A DNA stretch of 64,000 nt from Promethearchaeota archaeon (GTDB taxonomy: Archaea > Asgardarchaeota > Lokiarchaeia > Sigyniarchaeales > SOKP01). The position numbers and the translations under genes were made by a program. The stretch is taken from assembly GCA_048940645.1 (NCBI GenBank), contig JBHLOI010000015.1, positions 1-64,000 on the forward strand, in the 5' to 3' direction. Under the pieces are notes generated by a model. The model made no database searches. It was given only the letters and a program-made list of their open reading frames with translations, and had not been told where the DNA came from. Of the stretch, positions 42,800-51,666 are shown piece by piece (the first letter of the stretch is position 1; each line of letters begins with the position of its first letter).

Positions 42800-43396
42800 A
42801 TGTATAAACGATTAAAAAAAGATTTACAAATTAATATTGAAGATAAAGATGGACACTTATTCTTAGGTGAAAAAAAGAAAGATATACGTCTTTTAATGTT
42901 ACGTCCTAATGAAATTCTAGAATTTGCTGAATTTGCAGGCAGTAACGCGGATGATATTCTTATATGGGTTGGGAAGACTCTTGGAAAAACTCTAATGGAA
43001 AAATATTTCTATGAAAAAGACTGGAGCACTGAAACTATGGCAACCAAAAAGGAAGTAGTACTAGGTATCTTGGAGTCTTTAATTCTTTTGGGATATGGAG
43101 CCCTAACAGGCACATTTAAAAAAGACCACATTATAATTAATGTATATGAGTCCTTAGCAAGTGAAGAAAAAGATAATATCATGGCTAAAAACCTTTGTCT
43201 TCTGTATTTAGGAATATTTAATGGAGTATTTGAAATATTAGGAATAGACGTTGATGGAAAAGAAATTGAATGTATTCTCACAGGCGGAGATAAATGTTCA
43301 TATCAATTTGATTTTATTGGTGAGGAGATTGATGATAAACTGGTTGATGAAGAATTATCAGATCAAGCAGTCTCTGATTTTTTAGCCTCTCTCTAA
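42800..43396 (+). CDS. V4R-domain (TRAPP/Bet3-superfamily-related) protein
   Basis: LIWVGKTLGK, LGYG, LC..YLGIFNG, EIECILTGGDKCSYQF. ORF opens at 42764; ATG 42800 follows AAGGT. Confidence 0.8.
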   Translation: MYKRLKKDLQINIEDKDGHLFLGEKKKDIRLLMLRPNEILEFAEFAGSNADDILIWVGKTLGKTLMEKYFYEKDWSTETMATKKEVVLGILESLILLGYGALTGTFKKDHIIINVYESLASEEKDNIMAKNLCLLYLGIFNGVFEILGIDVDGKEIECILTGGDKCSYQFDFIGEEIDDKLVDEELSDQAVSDFLASL

Positions 43397-43540
43397 TTCA
43401 CGTGATCAAAAAAAATTAAATTTCTTCCATTATCTTTAAAATTATCGTAAGTAAAGAACTAGTTATAATTAAGCGAAATTTAAGTGAAAAAATATAAAGT
43501 CTTATTAATATTAGAATTTAGGTAATTCTAGATTTATTTA

Positions 43541-44086
43541 ATGAGAATGATTAACTATAAAAAGCATTTTTTTAAGACAATAATCGCTGGGGAAGGTGGT
43601 GTTGGAAAAACTACACTCTTACACCAATATATTAGAGGTGAATTTAGGCCAGAAGTTCAAAGTACGATTGGATCTAACTTTTTTGTAAAATATGTTAAAA
43701 TTCCTCAAGCTAATAATATTCTAACCCTACAGATCTGGGACCTTGCTGGTCAAGCCCGTTTTAAATGGGTTAGACAAGCTTTTTATAAAGGAACTAGAGG
43801 AATTGTATATATGTTTGATTTAACACATTATGAATCATTTGAGAATTTAAAGTTTTGGAAGGAGGAAATAGAGAGTACAGTTGGAGTTCAACCTAGCATA
43901 TTGGTTGGAAACAAACTTGATTTATTAGAAACTGAAATTAGAGGTATACCTTTAGAAGAATCAAACACTTTTAAGGTCAATCTTGCTTCCTGCGCTTATA
44001 TTGAAACAAGTGCTAAATTTGGTACTGGAGTAGATGATTTATTTAGTAAACTGGCTATTGAAATGTATAAATCTCAAGATTTTTAA
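43541..44086 (+). CDS. Rab-like small GTPase
   Basis: GEGGVGKT, STIG..F, LQIWDLAGQ.RF, FYKG, VGNKLDL, ETSAK; no C-terminal prenylation Cys. Confidence 0.92.
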   Translation: MRMINYKKHFFKTIIAGEGGVGKTTLLHQYIRGEFRPEVQSTIGSNFFVKYVKIPQANNILTLQIWDLAGQARFKWVRQAFYKGTRGIVYMFDLTHYESFENLKFWKEEIESTVGVQPSILVGNKLDLLETEIRGIPLEESNTFKVNLASCAYIETSAKFGTGVDDLFSKLAIEMYKSQDF

Positions 44087-44177
44087 TAAGAAATTAGAAC
44101 CATCAAAATATTTCTAGTATACTAATTTTTTGAAAATAATTAGTTATTTTCGAATTAATTAGTTTTTCAAAATTTTA

Positions 44178-45014
44178 TTATTTCTTGATATATGATGCTA
44201 TCATCATACCATAGTAAGTGGGAGTTTCTCGAATTAATACATTTGGTATAAAATCTTTATCTTCAATCATGCCGTGGAGCATAATAAATCCAATGAATCC
44301 GCAGCACAAAACTTTTTCCAAAACAGGGAGTACTTTTTTAGTAAGAATTTTTCCATCCAAACTAGCAGCCCACTCTTGAATCGCCTTATCAAAGGTTTCT
44401 GCTTCCTCTGCAAACCCATATGGTCCTTCAGCTTTATGTGTATGACCAAGATCAGCACTAATAATTACTACTACTCGTTTCTTGATCGATTCGAAGAATA
44501 AGCTCAAATTATTTCCTAAAGCAATTGTTTCAGGTATCATCTCTTTAGCTTTTTCAAGCCTTCTCAGAGTTTGTGATAAAATTATGAATTCTGGATTCGA
44601 TGATAGATCCCTCAAAAACCAGAGAGGTACTGCTTCACCCCATCGCAAAGGAGCATGAACATTCGTTGAGTAGGCTGAAATTCCATGGATTGCGGTCTCT
44701 TTTTCATATAGGTAATCTAAAAGTCGATTGGATAGTTGTTGATTAAGTTTTACATTTACGTAATATTCTTGGTATTCACCATTCCATTCTGCTGTCCCAC
44801 TTGCACCTTTGTTTAAATAAATCCCATAATCATTTGACAAAGCAATACTATGAGGAGTTGTTAAAAAAATAAGCTCTGGGCGCAAATCATCAATTAATTT
44901 TACTACTTTTTTCATTTCATAATGTAAATTAATTGCTTGCTTTTGTATCCCCTTTTTTTTTGGATCCAAAATCATTGCTCCATGAGGAAGGATAAATGCC
45001 CCAACAATAACCAT
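44178..45014 (-). CDS. Class III extradiol dioxygenase (LigB)-like protein
   Basis: ILPHG, TTPH, WGEAVPL, SADLGHTH..GPYG, CG, PTYYGM. Confidence 0.75.
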   Translation of the reverse strand: MVIVGAFILPHGAMILDPKKKGIQKQAINLHYEMKKVVKLIDDLRPELIFLTTPHSIALSNDYGIYLNKGASGTAEWNGEYQEYYVNVKLNQQLSNRLLDYLYEKETAIHGISAYSTNVHAPLRWGEAVPLWFLRDLSSNPEFIILSQTLRRLEKAKEMIPETIALGNNLSLFFESIKKRVVVIISADLGHTHKAEGPYGFAEEAETFDKAIQEWAASLDGKILTKKVLPVLEKVLCCGFIGFIMLHGMIEDKDFIPNVLIRETPTYYGMMIASYIKK

Positions 45015-45127
45015 AATATTAACTCATCTCTAATCATTTTTTTCTTTTTTGCTGAATATTTTGTGTAGTTAACGTTGATTTTAAAATCTGTCAGAATTTT
45101 TTTTTAAATTTAGGTTTTAAATTTATT

Positions 45128-45149
45128 TTAGTGTGAAATCTCACACTAA
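45128..45149. promoter_or_regulatory. Perfect inverted repeat, candidate transcription-factor site upstream of cdhA
   Basis: TTAGTGTGA-aatc-TCACACTAA, followed by TATA-like TTATAAACATATATAA. Confidence 0.65.
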
Positions 45150-45311
45150 CATATTATAAACATATATAAGAATTAGGTTTTAGGGTATAATCATTAATTT
45201 TTATTACTGTAAATTTATCTACTCCATAGAATGTCAATTTTAAAATAATATTAAATATTGATCAAACCATAATTAAAAAATTATACTAAACAAAAAAAAT
45301 ATTGATAAAAT

Positions 45312-47657
45312 ATGAGTAAAAAAGGCACAAAACTTAAAATAGACTCCTATAAAGGCCCTTTAGGTACAATTAAAGGCTTTGAATTAACTGCAGGACAAGT
45401 TAGTTATGGAGACGAAACAGAATGGGAGCCTATGGGCCCACACCCACAACCACATATTCCTACTCTTAGAAACTGGTTTTTCAAATTAATGGAGCGATAC
45501 AAGCCATATTATATGCCTATATGTGATATGTGTTGTCTCTGTACTTATGGTAAGTGTAACCTTTCAAAAGGTAGAACAGGTGCATGTGGAATCAATATGG
45601 AAACTCAACAATCAAGAATTGTTGAAATTGCATGTTGTATTGGGGCTGCATGTCATTCTGCTCACGGAGATCACTTATTGCATTGGTTAAAAGAGAAATA
45701 TGGGAATGTTCCTATCAATTTTGGCAATAATATTGCTGTTGAGATGCCTCATACTCGATTAGTAGTTGGTATGAAACCTGAAACTTTAGAAGATTTAGAA
45801 ACAGCAATGGAATGGGTTCATTATACAATAACACATTTATTAGCTGCAGGACACACTGGCCAAGAATCAAATTTCTTAGATTATGAAGCTAAAAGTTTCT
45901 TAGCCGGTTTAGCTGATTCAGTTGGTATGGAAATTTCTGATGCAGTTCAAATTGCAGCATATGGCTTCCCAATGGGAGATCCAGAGGTTCCCATTGTAGA
46001 ATTAGGTATGGGGACAATGGATACTAATAAAGCAACAATTTTAATGATTGGTCATAATGTTGCTCCCGGAATTGAATTAGTAGATTACATCAGAGAAAAA
46101 GGATTTGACAATATTTTAGATGTTGGAGCTATCTGTTGTACTGCACACGATCTTACACGATATTACGATGGAGCCAAAATTGTAGGTTCAATGTCTAGGC
46201 AACTTCATTTTATTCGCTCAGGGTTAGCTGATGTTGTAATGGTCGATGAGCAGTGCGTTAATTTGAGATCTTTTGAACAAGCTCAATTAGTTGGAGCTCC
46301 TTTTATAGCAACCAATGAAAAAAATATGAGCGGCTTAACTGATAGAACTAACGATCCTGTAAATGAAATAGTTGAGGATCTAGTCAGCGGAAAAACGGCT
46401 GGCGTTTTGATATTAGACCCAATAAAGGCAGGACAAGTTGCTGCTGAAACAGCAATTAAAGTAAAACCAATTAGAAATGCTAGGAGTGGAATTCCTGATG
46501 AGCAAGGATGTATTGATATGGCATATCGATGTAATGGTTGTGGAAATTGTCAACGAAATTGTCCAAACGATTTACCACTCGTAGAGGGCGTTAATTTGGT
46601 TAAGGAAGGAGATTTTTCTGTTCTAGCTAGTATTTTTGACGAATGCTTAGGATGTGGTCGCTGTGAATCAGATTGCATGAAGAATGTTTCACCATTGACT
46701 CTATTACAATACGCTGGAAGAGAAATGATTAGAAATGAAAAATTCAACTGTAGAGCTGGTCGTGGTCCAATCATGGATACAGAGATAAGAAATGTAGGTG
46801 CCCCTATTGTTTTAGGTGAAATTCCGGGAATTGTTGCTATAATTGGCTGTGCAAATTATGCACATGATATTCAAGAACTTTATTTAATGGCTGAAGAATT
46901 TTTAAAGAGAAATTATATAGTAGTAGTATCTGGATGTGGAGCAATGGACATTGGTCTTGTAAAAGATGAAGAAGGTAAAACATTATACGATCGCTTCCCA
47001 GGAGATTTCGATCGTGGCGGTTTAGTAAATGTTGGAAGTTGTGTTGCAAATCCACATATAACAGGAGCAGCTTGTAAGGTTGCAAATATTTTTGCAAGAC
47101 GTCCTTTAAGAGGAAATTTTGAAGAAATCGCTGACTATATTTTAAACCGAGTTGGTGCTGTAGGTGTCGCTTGGGGAGCAATGAGTCAAAAAGCCGCAAG
47201 CATCGCTAGCATGGCAAATGGATTAGGTATCCCAGCTGTTATTGGACCTCATGCTGCAGAATATAGAAGGATGTATATAGGTAGATCTGATGATGTAGAG
47301 ACTTGGAAAGTATGGAATGCTCGTGATACAACGCCAAATCATATAATTGGGCCAGGTCCAGAACATTTGCTTACAACTGCTGAATCTATTGAACAAGCAA
47401 TTTGTTTAGTTGCTAAACTAGCAATTCGCCCCGCTGATAACTCAAAGGGGAGAATGATAAAGTTATCACACTGGATTGATTTAGAACGCAAGTATAAGGG
47501 TGTAGATTTTCCAGAAGATCTTGAGAAATATATTCGAGTTGATGCAGACATTCCAATTAATATGAAAGATGAGATTCAAGAGTTCTTAAGAAGTAAAGAT
47601 TGGCAACCAAAAGAAATTGTAGACCCTACTCTTTTGGAGAGACTTTGCCATAAATAA
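45312..47657 (+). CDS. cdhA: CO dehydrogenase/acetyl-CoA synthase complex subunit alpha (archaeal CODH)
   Basis: CDMCCLCTYGKC, ACHSAH, GHN, ICCTAHD, two ferredoxin motifs (CNGCGNCQRNCP, CLGCGRCESDC), GSCVAN, WGAMSQKA. Confidence 0.96.
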   Translation: MSKKGTKLKIDSYKGPLGTIKGFELTAGQVSYGDETEWEPMGPHPQPHIPTLRNWFFKLMERYKPYYMPICDMCCLCTYGKCNLSKGRTGACGINMETQQSRIVEIACCIGAACHSAHGDHLLHWLKEKYGNVPINFGNNIAVEMPHTRLVVGMKPETLEDLETAMEWVHYTITHLLAAGHTGQESNFLDYEAKSFLAGLADSVGMEISDAVQIAAYGFPMGDPEVPIVELGMGTMDTNKATILMIGHNVAPGIELVDYIREKGFDNILDVGAICCTAHDLTRYYDGAKIVGSMSRQLHFIRSGLADVVMVDEQCVNLRSFEQAQLVGAPFIATNEKNMSGLTDRTNDPVNEIVEDLVSGKTAGVLILDPIKAGQVAAETAIKVKPIRNARSGIPDEQGCIDMAYRCNGCGNCQRNCPNDLPLVEGVNLVKEGDFSVLASIFDECLGCGRCESDCMKNVSPLTLLQYAGREMIRNEKFNCRAGRGPIMDTEIRNVGAPIVLGEIPGIVAIIGCANYAHDIQELYLMAEEFLKRNYIVVVSGCGAMDIGLVKDEEGKTLYDRFPGDFDRGGLVNVGSCVANPHITGAACKVANIFARRPLRGNFEEIADYILNRVGAVGVAWGAMSQKAASIASMANGLGIPAVIGPHAAEYRRMYIGRSDDVETWKVWNARDTTPNHIIGPGPEHLLTTAESIEQAICLVAKLAIRPADNSKGRMIKLSHWIDLERKYKGVDFPEDLEKYIRVDADIPINMKDEIQEFLRSKDWQPKEIVDPTLLERLCHK

Positions 47658-47743
47658 ATCTACTTTTTTATTTTCTTATATTTTTATTAAATTATCAATT
47701 GAACTGTAAAATTTACTTATTATAATTTATTTATAATTAAAAA

Positions 47744-47959
47744 ATGACAGATAAAGAAATACTTAAATTATCAAAACTGTGCGAACACTGGGCAAATCAT
47801 AACGAGAGCCACAGGGAAAACTTTGAAAAATGGCGAGATAAAGCAGAAGAGATGAGTTTAACGGGAGTTGTAAATAGTCTAAATAAAGCAATTGAAATGA
47901 TAGATGACTGTAATATTTACTTACTTAATGCCAAAAAAGAGTTAGACACGTTATTATAA
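47744..47959 (+). CDS. Small helical protein with HWxxHNxxH motif, putative metal-binding
   Basis: LCEHWANHNESH; directly downstream of cdhA. Confidence 0.7.
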   Translation: MTDKEILKLSKLCEHWANHNESHRENFEKWRDKAEEMSLTGVVNSLNKAIEMIDDCNIYLLNAKKELDTLL

Positions 47960-47976
47960 AACAAATAAAAGATAAT

Positions 47977-49188
47977 TTAAAGGAACATATTGATTAAAGG
48001 TAGTATTTGTTCTCTAAAATAATTTAATTTCTCATACATCATTTCTGGATTTTCTGAAAGAATCCATAAATATACTGGAATCTGTAATTCAGAATAATTA
48101 AACAACTTTTCACCTTGGATAGTAAATCCATTCATTGGGAAATTAAGTGTCATTGAAGTTTCTCTGAGCAATCCAATCGAATTATGAAAATTTGAAAGAG
48201 TTTGCATAATTAATGCTGTGTTATTTAATAATGCCTCATCAGTATCGGAATCGTTATAATTACCAAAAATTAATCCATCCATCGAAATCAAACTTGCAGA
48301 TTTTGCTTCAATAGTATGTGAAAAGTCCTCAAGAATGTTTTCAATAATTTCTGAAGTATCAGAAACTTTTTTGAGTGCTTCACTAAACATTTGCATGATT
48401 GTTTCTTTTTGATAAATAGTTGTGTCTGAATAGCTTACAGAAAAGTTTTCGTACTCAGCTGTTACTTGATTAAATTTATTTTTAATTACCTTTACGTTAT
48501 TTTGCCATTCTACTGATGATCGGAAATCCTGATCACTTTTACTTAATACAACTAAAGCAGGGGGAAATTCATTTAGATCTTTTAAAGCTTTCAATACTTG
48601 ACGATAATAATTAGCAGACTCGGGAAATCTGTCTGCATCTTGAGTATCAATGACGTATAGAAGTAAATCCGCCTCAGTAAAAAATAATTCTGGTCTATTG
48701 AAATACAATTTTTCTCTATACTGGACTTGACCACCAAGATCCCAAGATATTATTGGATAACCAAAAAAGTCTAATCTTTCTCGTTTTACACCTCTTGTAG
48801 GTAGTAATGATTTAATTATGGAGAACCTATCTTGAAGAACTGCTAAAATGGAGGTTTTACCACCATTATCAAGCCCAATCATCAATAATTTCTTATGGGA
48901 CTTTAATTGTTCCTTAATAGCCTTAACAACTATTTGGGCGATCTTTACCCATTTTATAAGAATAGAACTGGGTACTTCCTTTACATCTGGCAAATTTTCC
49001 AATGAAACTTTTGCCAAATCTCCAATATTTTTAATATTATAATCCCCTAAAGTATCAGATGATACTTTATCAATACCAATAAGCGTATCAGGTTTAAAAT
49101 TTAATATATCTTCTAATTCATTAATAATAATATTACTCTTGAAGAAATCTTTTACTTTTACATTTTTATTACTATCATTATCTGACAT
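47977..49188 (-). CDS. Arf/Rag-like GTPase with N-terminal HhH-like and C-terminal roadblock-like domains
   Basis: GLDNGGKTS, PT, WDLGGQ, variant G4 SKSD; tail ASLISMDGLIFG. Confidence 0.8.
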   Translation of the reverse strand: MSDNDSNKNVKVKDFFKSNIIINELEDILNFKPDTLIGIDKVSSDTLGDYNIKNIGDLAKVSLENLPDVKEVPSSILIKWVKIAQIVVKAIKEQLKSHKKLLMIGLDNGGKTSILAVLQDRFSIIKSLLPTRGVKRERLDFFGYPIISWDLGGQVQYREKLYFNRPELFFTEADLLLYVIDTQDADRFPESANYYRQVLKALKDLNEFPPALVVLSKSDQDFRSSVEWQNNVKVIKNKFNQVTAEYENFSVSYSDTTIYQKETIMQMFSEALKKVSDTSEIIENILEDFSHTIEAKSASLISMDGLIFGNYNDSDTDEALLNNTALIMQTLSNFHNSIGLLRETSMTLNFPMNGFTIQGEKLFNYSELQIPVYLWILSENPEMMYEKLNYFREQILPLINMFL

Positions 49189-49397
49189 GATACATCGAAG
49201 ATTATAACCATTTCACTTTTCTATATACTATCTTTATTTTTTCTAAATTTGAAAGAGTTTTATTAAATATGAAAAAACTAACTTATAAAACTTTATTTTT
49301 GTGAAAAAACATAATTATTTATTCTTTTTGTAACATATAAAAATTAGGAGTGTTATTTAGGGTTCAAAAAAAACTATATTAGGTAAATAAGCTAGAA

Positions 49398-50591
49398 ATG
49401 TCAGAAAGGGTTCCAGAAAACATAGTAATTTGTATAGATACTTCAAGATCAATGTATCGAACAGATTATCCCCCTACTCGCCTTAATGCTAGTATTAAAG
49501 CAGTTAAAAAGTTAATTAGCGAAAGATTTAATGAGGATACAATGTCTTCCTTTGCTGTGGTCAGATTTTCCGATAGACCAAAAAAGATCTTAGACTTCAC
49601 AAGTACAGAAGAATCTCTTTTCAATTGTTTAGATTCATTAGAATTTTCTGGAAAATCAGCAATGGGAGAGGCATTAGGATTTTCCATCAAAGTTATTATA
49701 TCTGAATTAAGAAAAATTGCTGCAAAAATACCTAGAATCTTGTTGATATCTGATGGGAAGCTTACTAAAACTTCTGTTGATCCCCTCAAAATGGCACGAC
49801 TCGCATATGGATTGAATATTAAGATTGATTGTTTCCGTTTAGGGGAAGTTTCTTCTCTTAATCTTCTAAAACGATTGAGTGATATTACTGGAGGTAAATA
49901 CTTTTACAATAATGACTCAGAATCTCTATTACAAGCCGCTCTTAATTTAGCAAATTCTAATATCAAAACTTATGGAGAAAGTTCAAAGTCTTTGATAGAT
50001 AACCCTGCTTTCTTAAGAAAAATAGCTGCTGATCTATTGAGAGTTCAAGATTTAACTAAAGATCAAGAACAACGGTTATTACAAATTAGAGGATTGGCAG
50101 ATTATAAAAAATGCTCTATTTGTTTTTCTGATACAAATCCTTATACGAAGAGTTCATTTTTTGTGAGCGGTCGCTATTGTCCAAACTGTCAGACTCCATA
50201 TCATATTCATTGTTTAGCATCTTGGGCAGATTCTCAGAAGGATAGTAAAATGAGGAAATCAGCCACTGTTCGATGTCCTCATTGTTTTTATCTGTTAAAA
50301 ATACCTATTGAAGTTTCACAAGTAAGAAAATTAACTTCTTTAGTGAAACCGCGTATTAGTGAAGGCTCGAGAAATAAAAAGCCTGAGATTGCTGCTGCCG
50401 AGTTAATGGATTTTGGAGAAATTGAAGAGGATGCTTTATTTAATTCATGTCCAGTATGTAATCTAATATTTGAGCCTGATCATAAAATTATTCGATGTGA
50501 AAATTGTAAAACACTTTATCATAAAAATTGTTTTGAAACACTAAATAATCATCAATGTAAAACTTGTGGCATGAAATTACATCTATATTAA
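49398..50591 (+). CDS. vWA (Rpn10/Ssl1-type) domain plus two C4HC3 RING/PHD-like zinc fingers
   Basis: IDTSRSM..TDYPPTRL, LLISDG, TGGKY; CSIC..CPNC..H..C...W..CPHC and CPVC..CENC..H..C..CKTC. Confidence 0.82.
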   Translation: MSERVPENIVICIDTSRSMYRTDYPPTRLNASIKAVKKLISERFNEDTMSSFAVVRFSDRPKKILDFTSTEESLFNCLDSLEFSGKSAMGEALGFSIKVIISELRKIAAKIPRILLISDGKLTKTSVDPLKMARLAYGLNIKIDCFRLGEVSSLNLLKRLSDITGGKYFYNNDSESLLQAALNLANSNIKTYGESSKSLIDNPAFLRKIAADLLRVQDLTKDQEQRLLQIRGLADYKKCSICFSDTNPYTKSSFFVSGRYCPNCQTPYHIHCLASWADSQKDSKMRKSATVRCPHCFYLLKIPIEVSQVRKLTSLVKPRISEGSRNKKPEIAAAELMDFGEIEEDALFNSCPVCNLIFEPDHKIIRCENCKTLYHKNCFETLNNHQCKTCGMKLHLY

Positions 50592-50654
50592 TTAAGAACT
50601 CTTTATTTCCTTTAATCGAAAATAATATTAAAATTTAATAGATTAGACTATATT

Positions 50655-51536
50655 ATGCCCGAAAATAACTTTTATTCTTATAGATCTATTAAATTAGGGT
50701 TTGGAAATTTTAATTTACCACCTGTGCTAATTGGGACAATATTTTATCAAGGACAATCTATAGTCGATAGAAATAATAACCAAACTTTTAATAAGGAAAA
50801 AGCAAAAAAAAGAATTCATACTCAAACAGAATTAGCTGAGAAATATAAATTACCAAACCTAATTGAAATTACTGCAGATAATCCTAATGCCATGATAAAA
50901 TACCTCGAATTTTACTTAGATAATTTCGAACCTCCATTAGTTTTAGGCGGTACTTTAGAGGCTAGATTATCCGGTATTGAATATCTAATTGAAAATGGGG
51001 TTAAACCTGATGAAATCATTTATAATACCATATCAAATCTAAAGAATAAAAGTGAACTTGATTTAATTAAAAAATCTAAAATAAAATCCGTTGTAATATT
51101 AATACTTGCTTCAAATAATATGACTTCAACCCAGAGATTTAAATATATCACTGATAGAAATCAACCAGGAGATTTTAGTCTACTTGAGGGTGTAAAAAAT
51201 TTGGGAGTAGAGCGAATATGGATTGATGGAGGTGTAATTGATCTTGAAAGTTTAAGCCATATTCTTGAAACACAGCAATTAATCAGTACATCACTAAAAT
51301 TACCTGTTGGAACAGCTCCTAACTTGTTTTTATTTAAATTTTCTTCTCCTAGATTAAATAAAAAATTTCATACTCGATATCGTAGAGCAAGTATTATGTT
51401 TATTGCATCTTGGTTTTCCAACTTCATTTTTTATGGCGCAATTGAAGATGCTAAGGAATGCTTTGCTTCTGCCTACCAAACATTTGCTTTTAAAAATAAT
51501 TTAAAAGCGCACAATATTAAACTTTTTGATAAATAA
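50655..51536 (+). CDS. MtrH/MtgA-like pterin-binding methyltransferase, divergent
   Basis: PVLIGTIFY..QSIVD...FNKEKA, IIYNTI, LPVGTAPN, FYGAIEDA. Confidence 0.72.
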   Translation: MPENNFYSYRSIKLGFGNFNLPPVLIGTIFYQGQSIVDRNNNQTFNKEKAKKRIHTQTELAEKYKLPNLIEITADNPNAMIKYLEFYLDNFEPPLVLGGTLEARLSGIEYLIENGVKPDEIIYNTISNLKNKSELDLIKKSKIKSVVILILASNNMTSTQRFKYITDRNQPGDFSLLEGVKNLGVERIWIDGGVIDLESLSHILETQQLISTSLKLPVGTAPNLFLFKFSSPRLNKKFHTRYRRASIMFIASWFSNFIFYGAIEDAKECFASAYQTFAFKNNLKAHNIKLFDK

Positions 51537-51666
51537 TAGATTTTGATTTTTAATCAAAACTTAAATAAACTTTATTTTTTTAAGATATTATTATAATCAC
51601 ATTGTATTCGAGATGCTACATAAAGAGTTACAAACCCAATTATTATAATTCGAGGATGGGAATATC

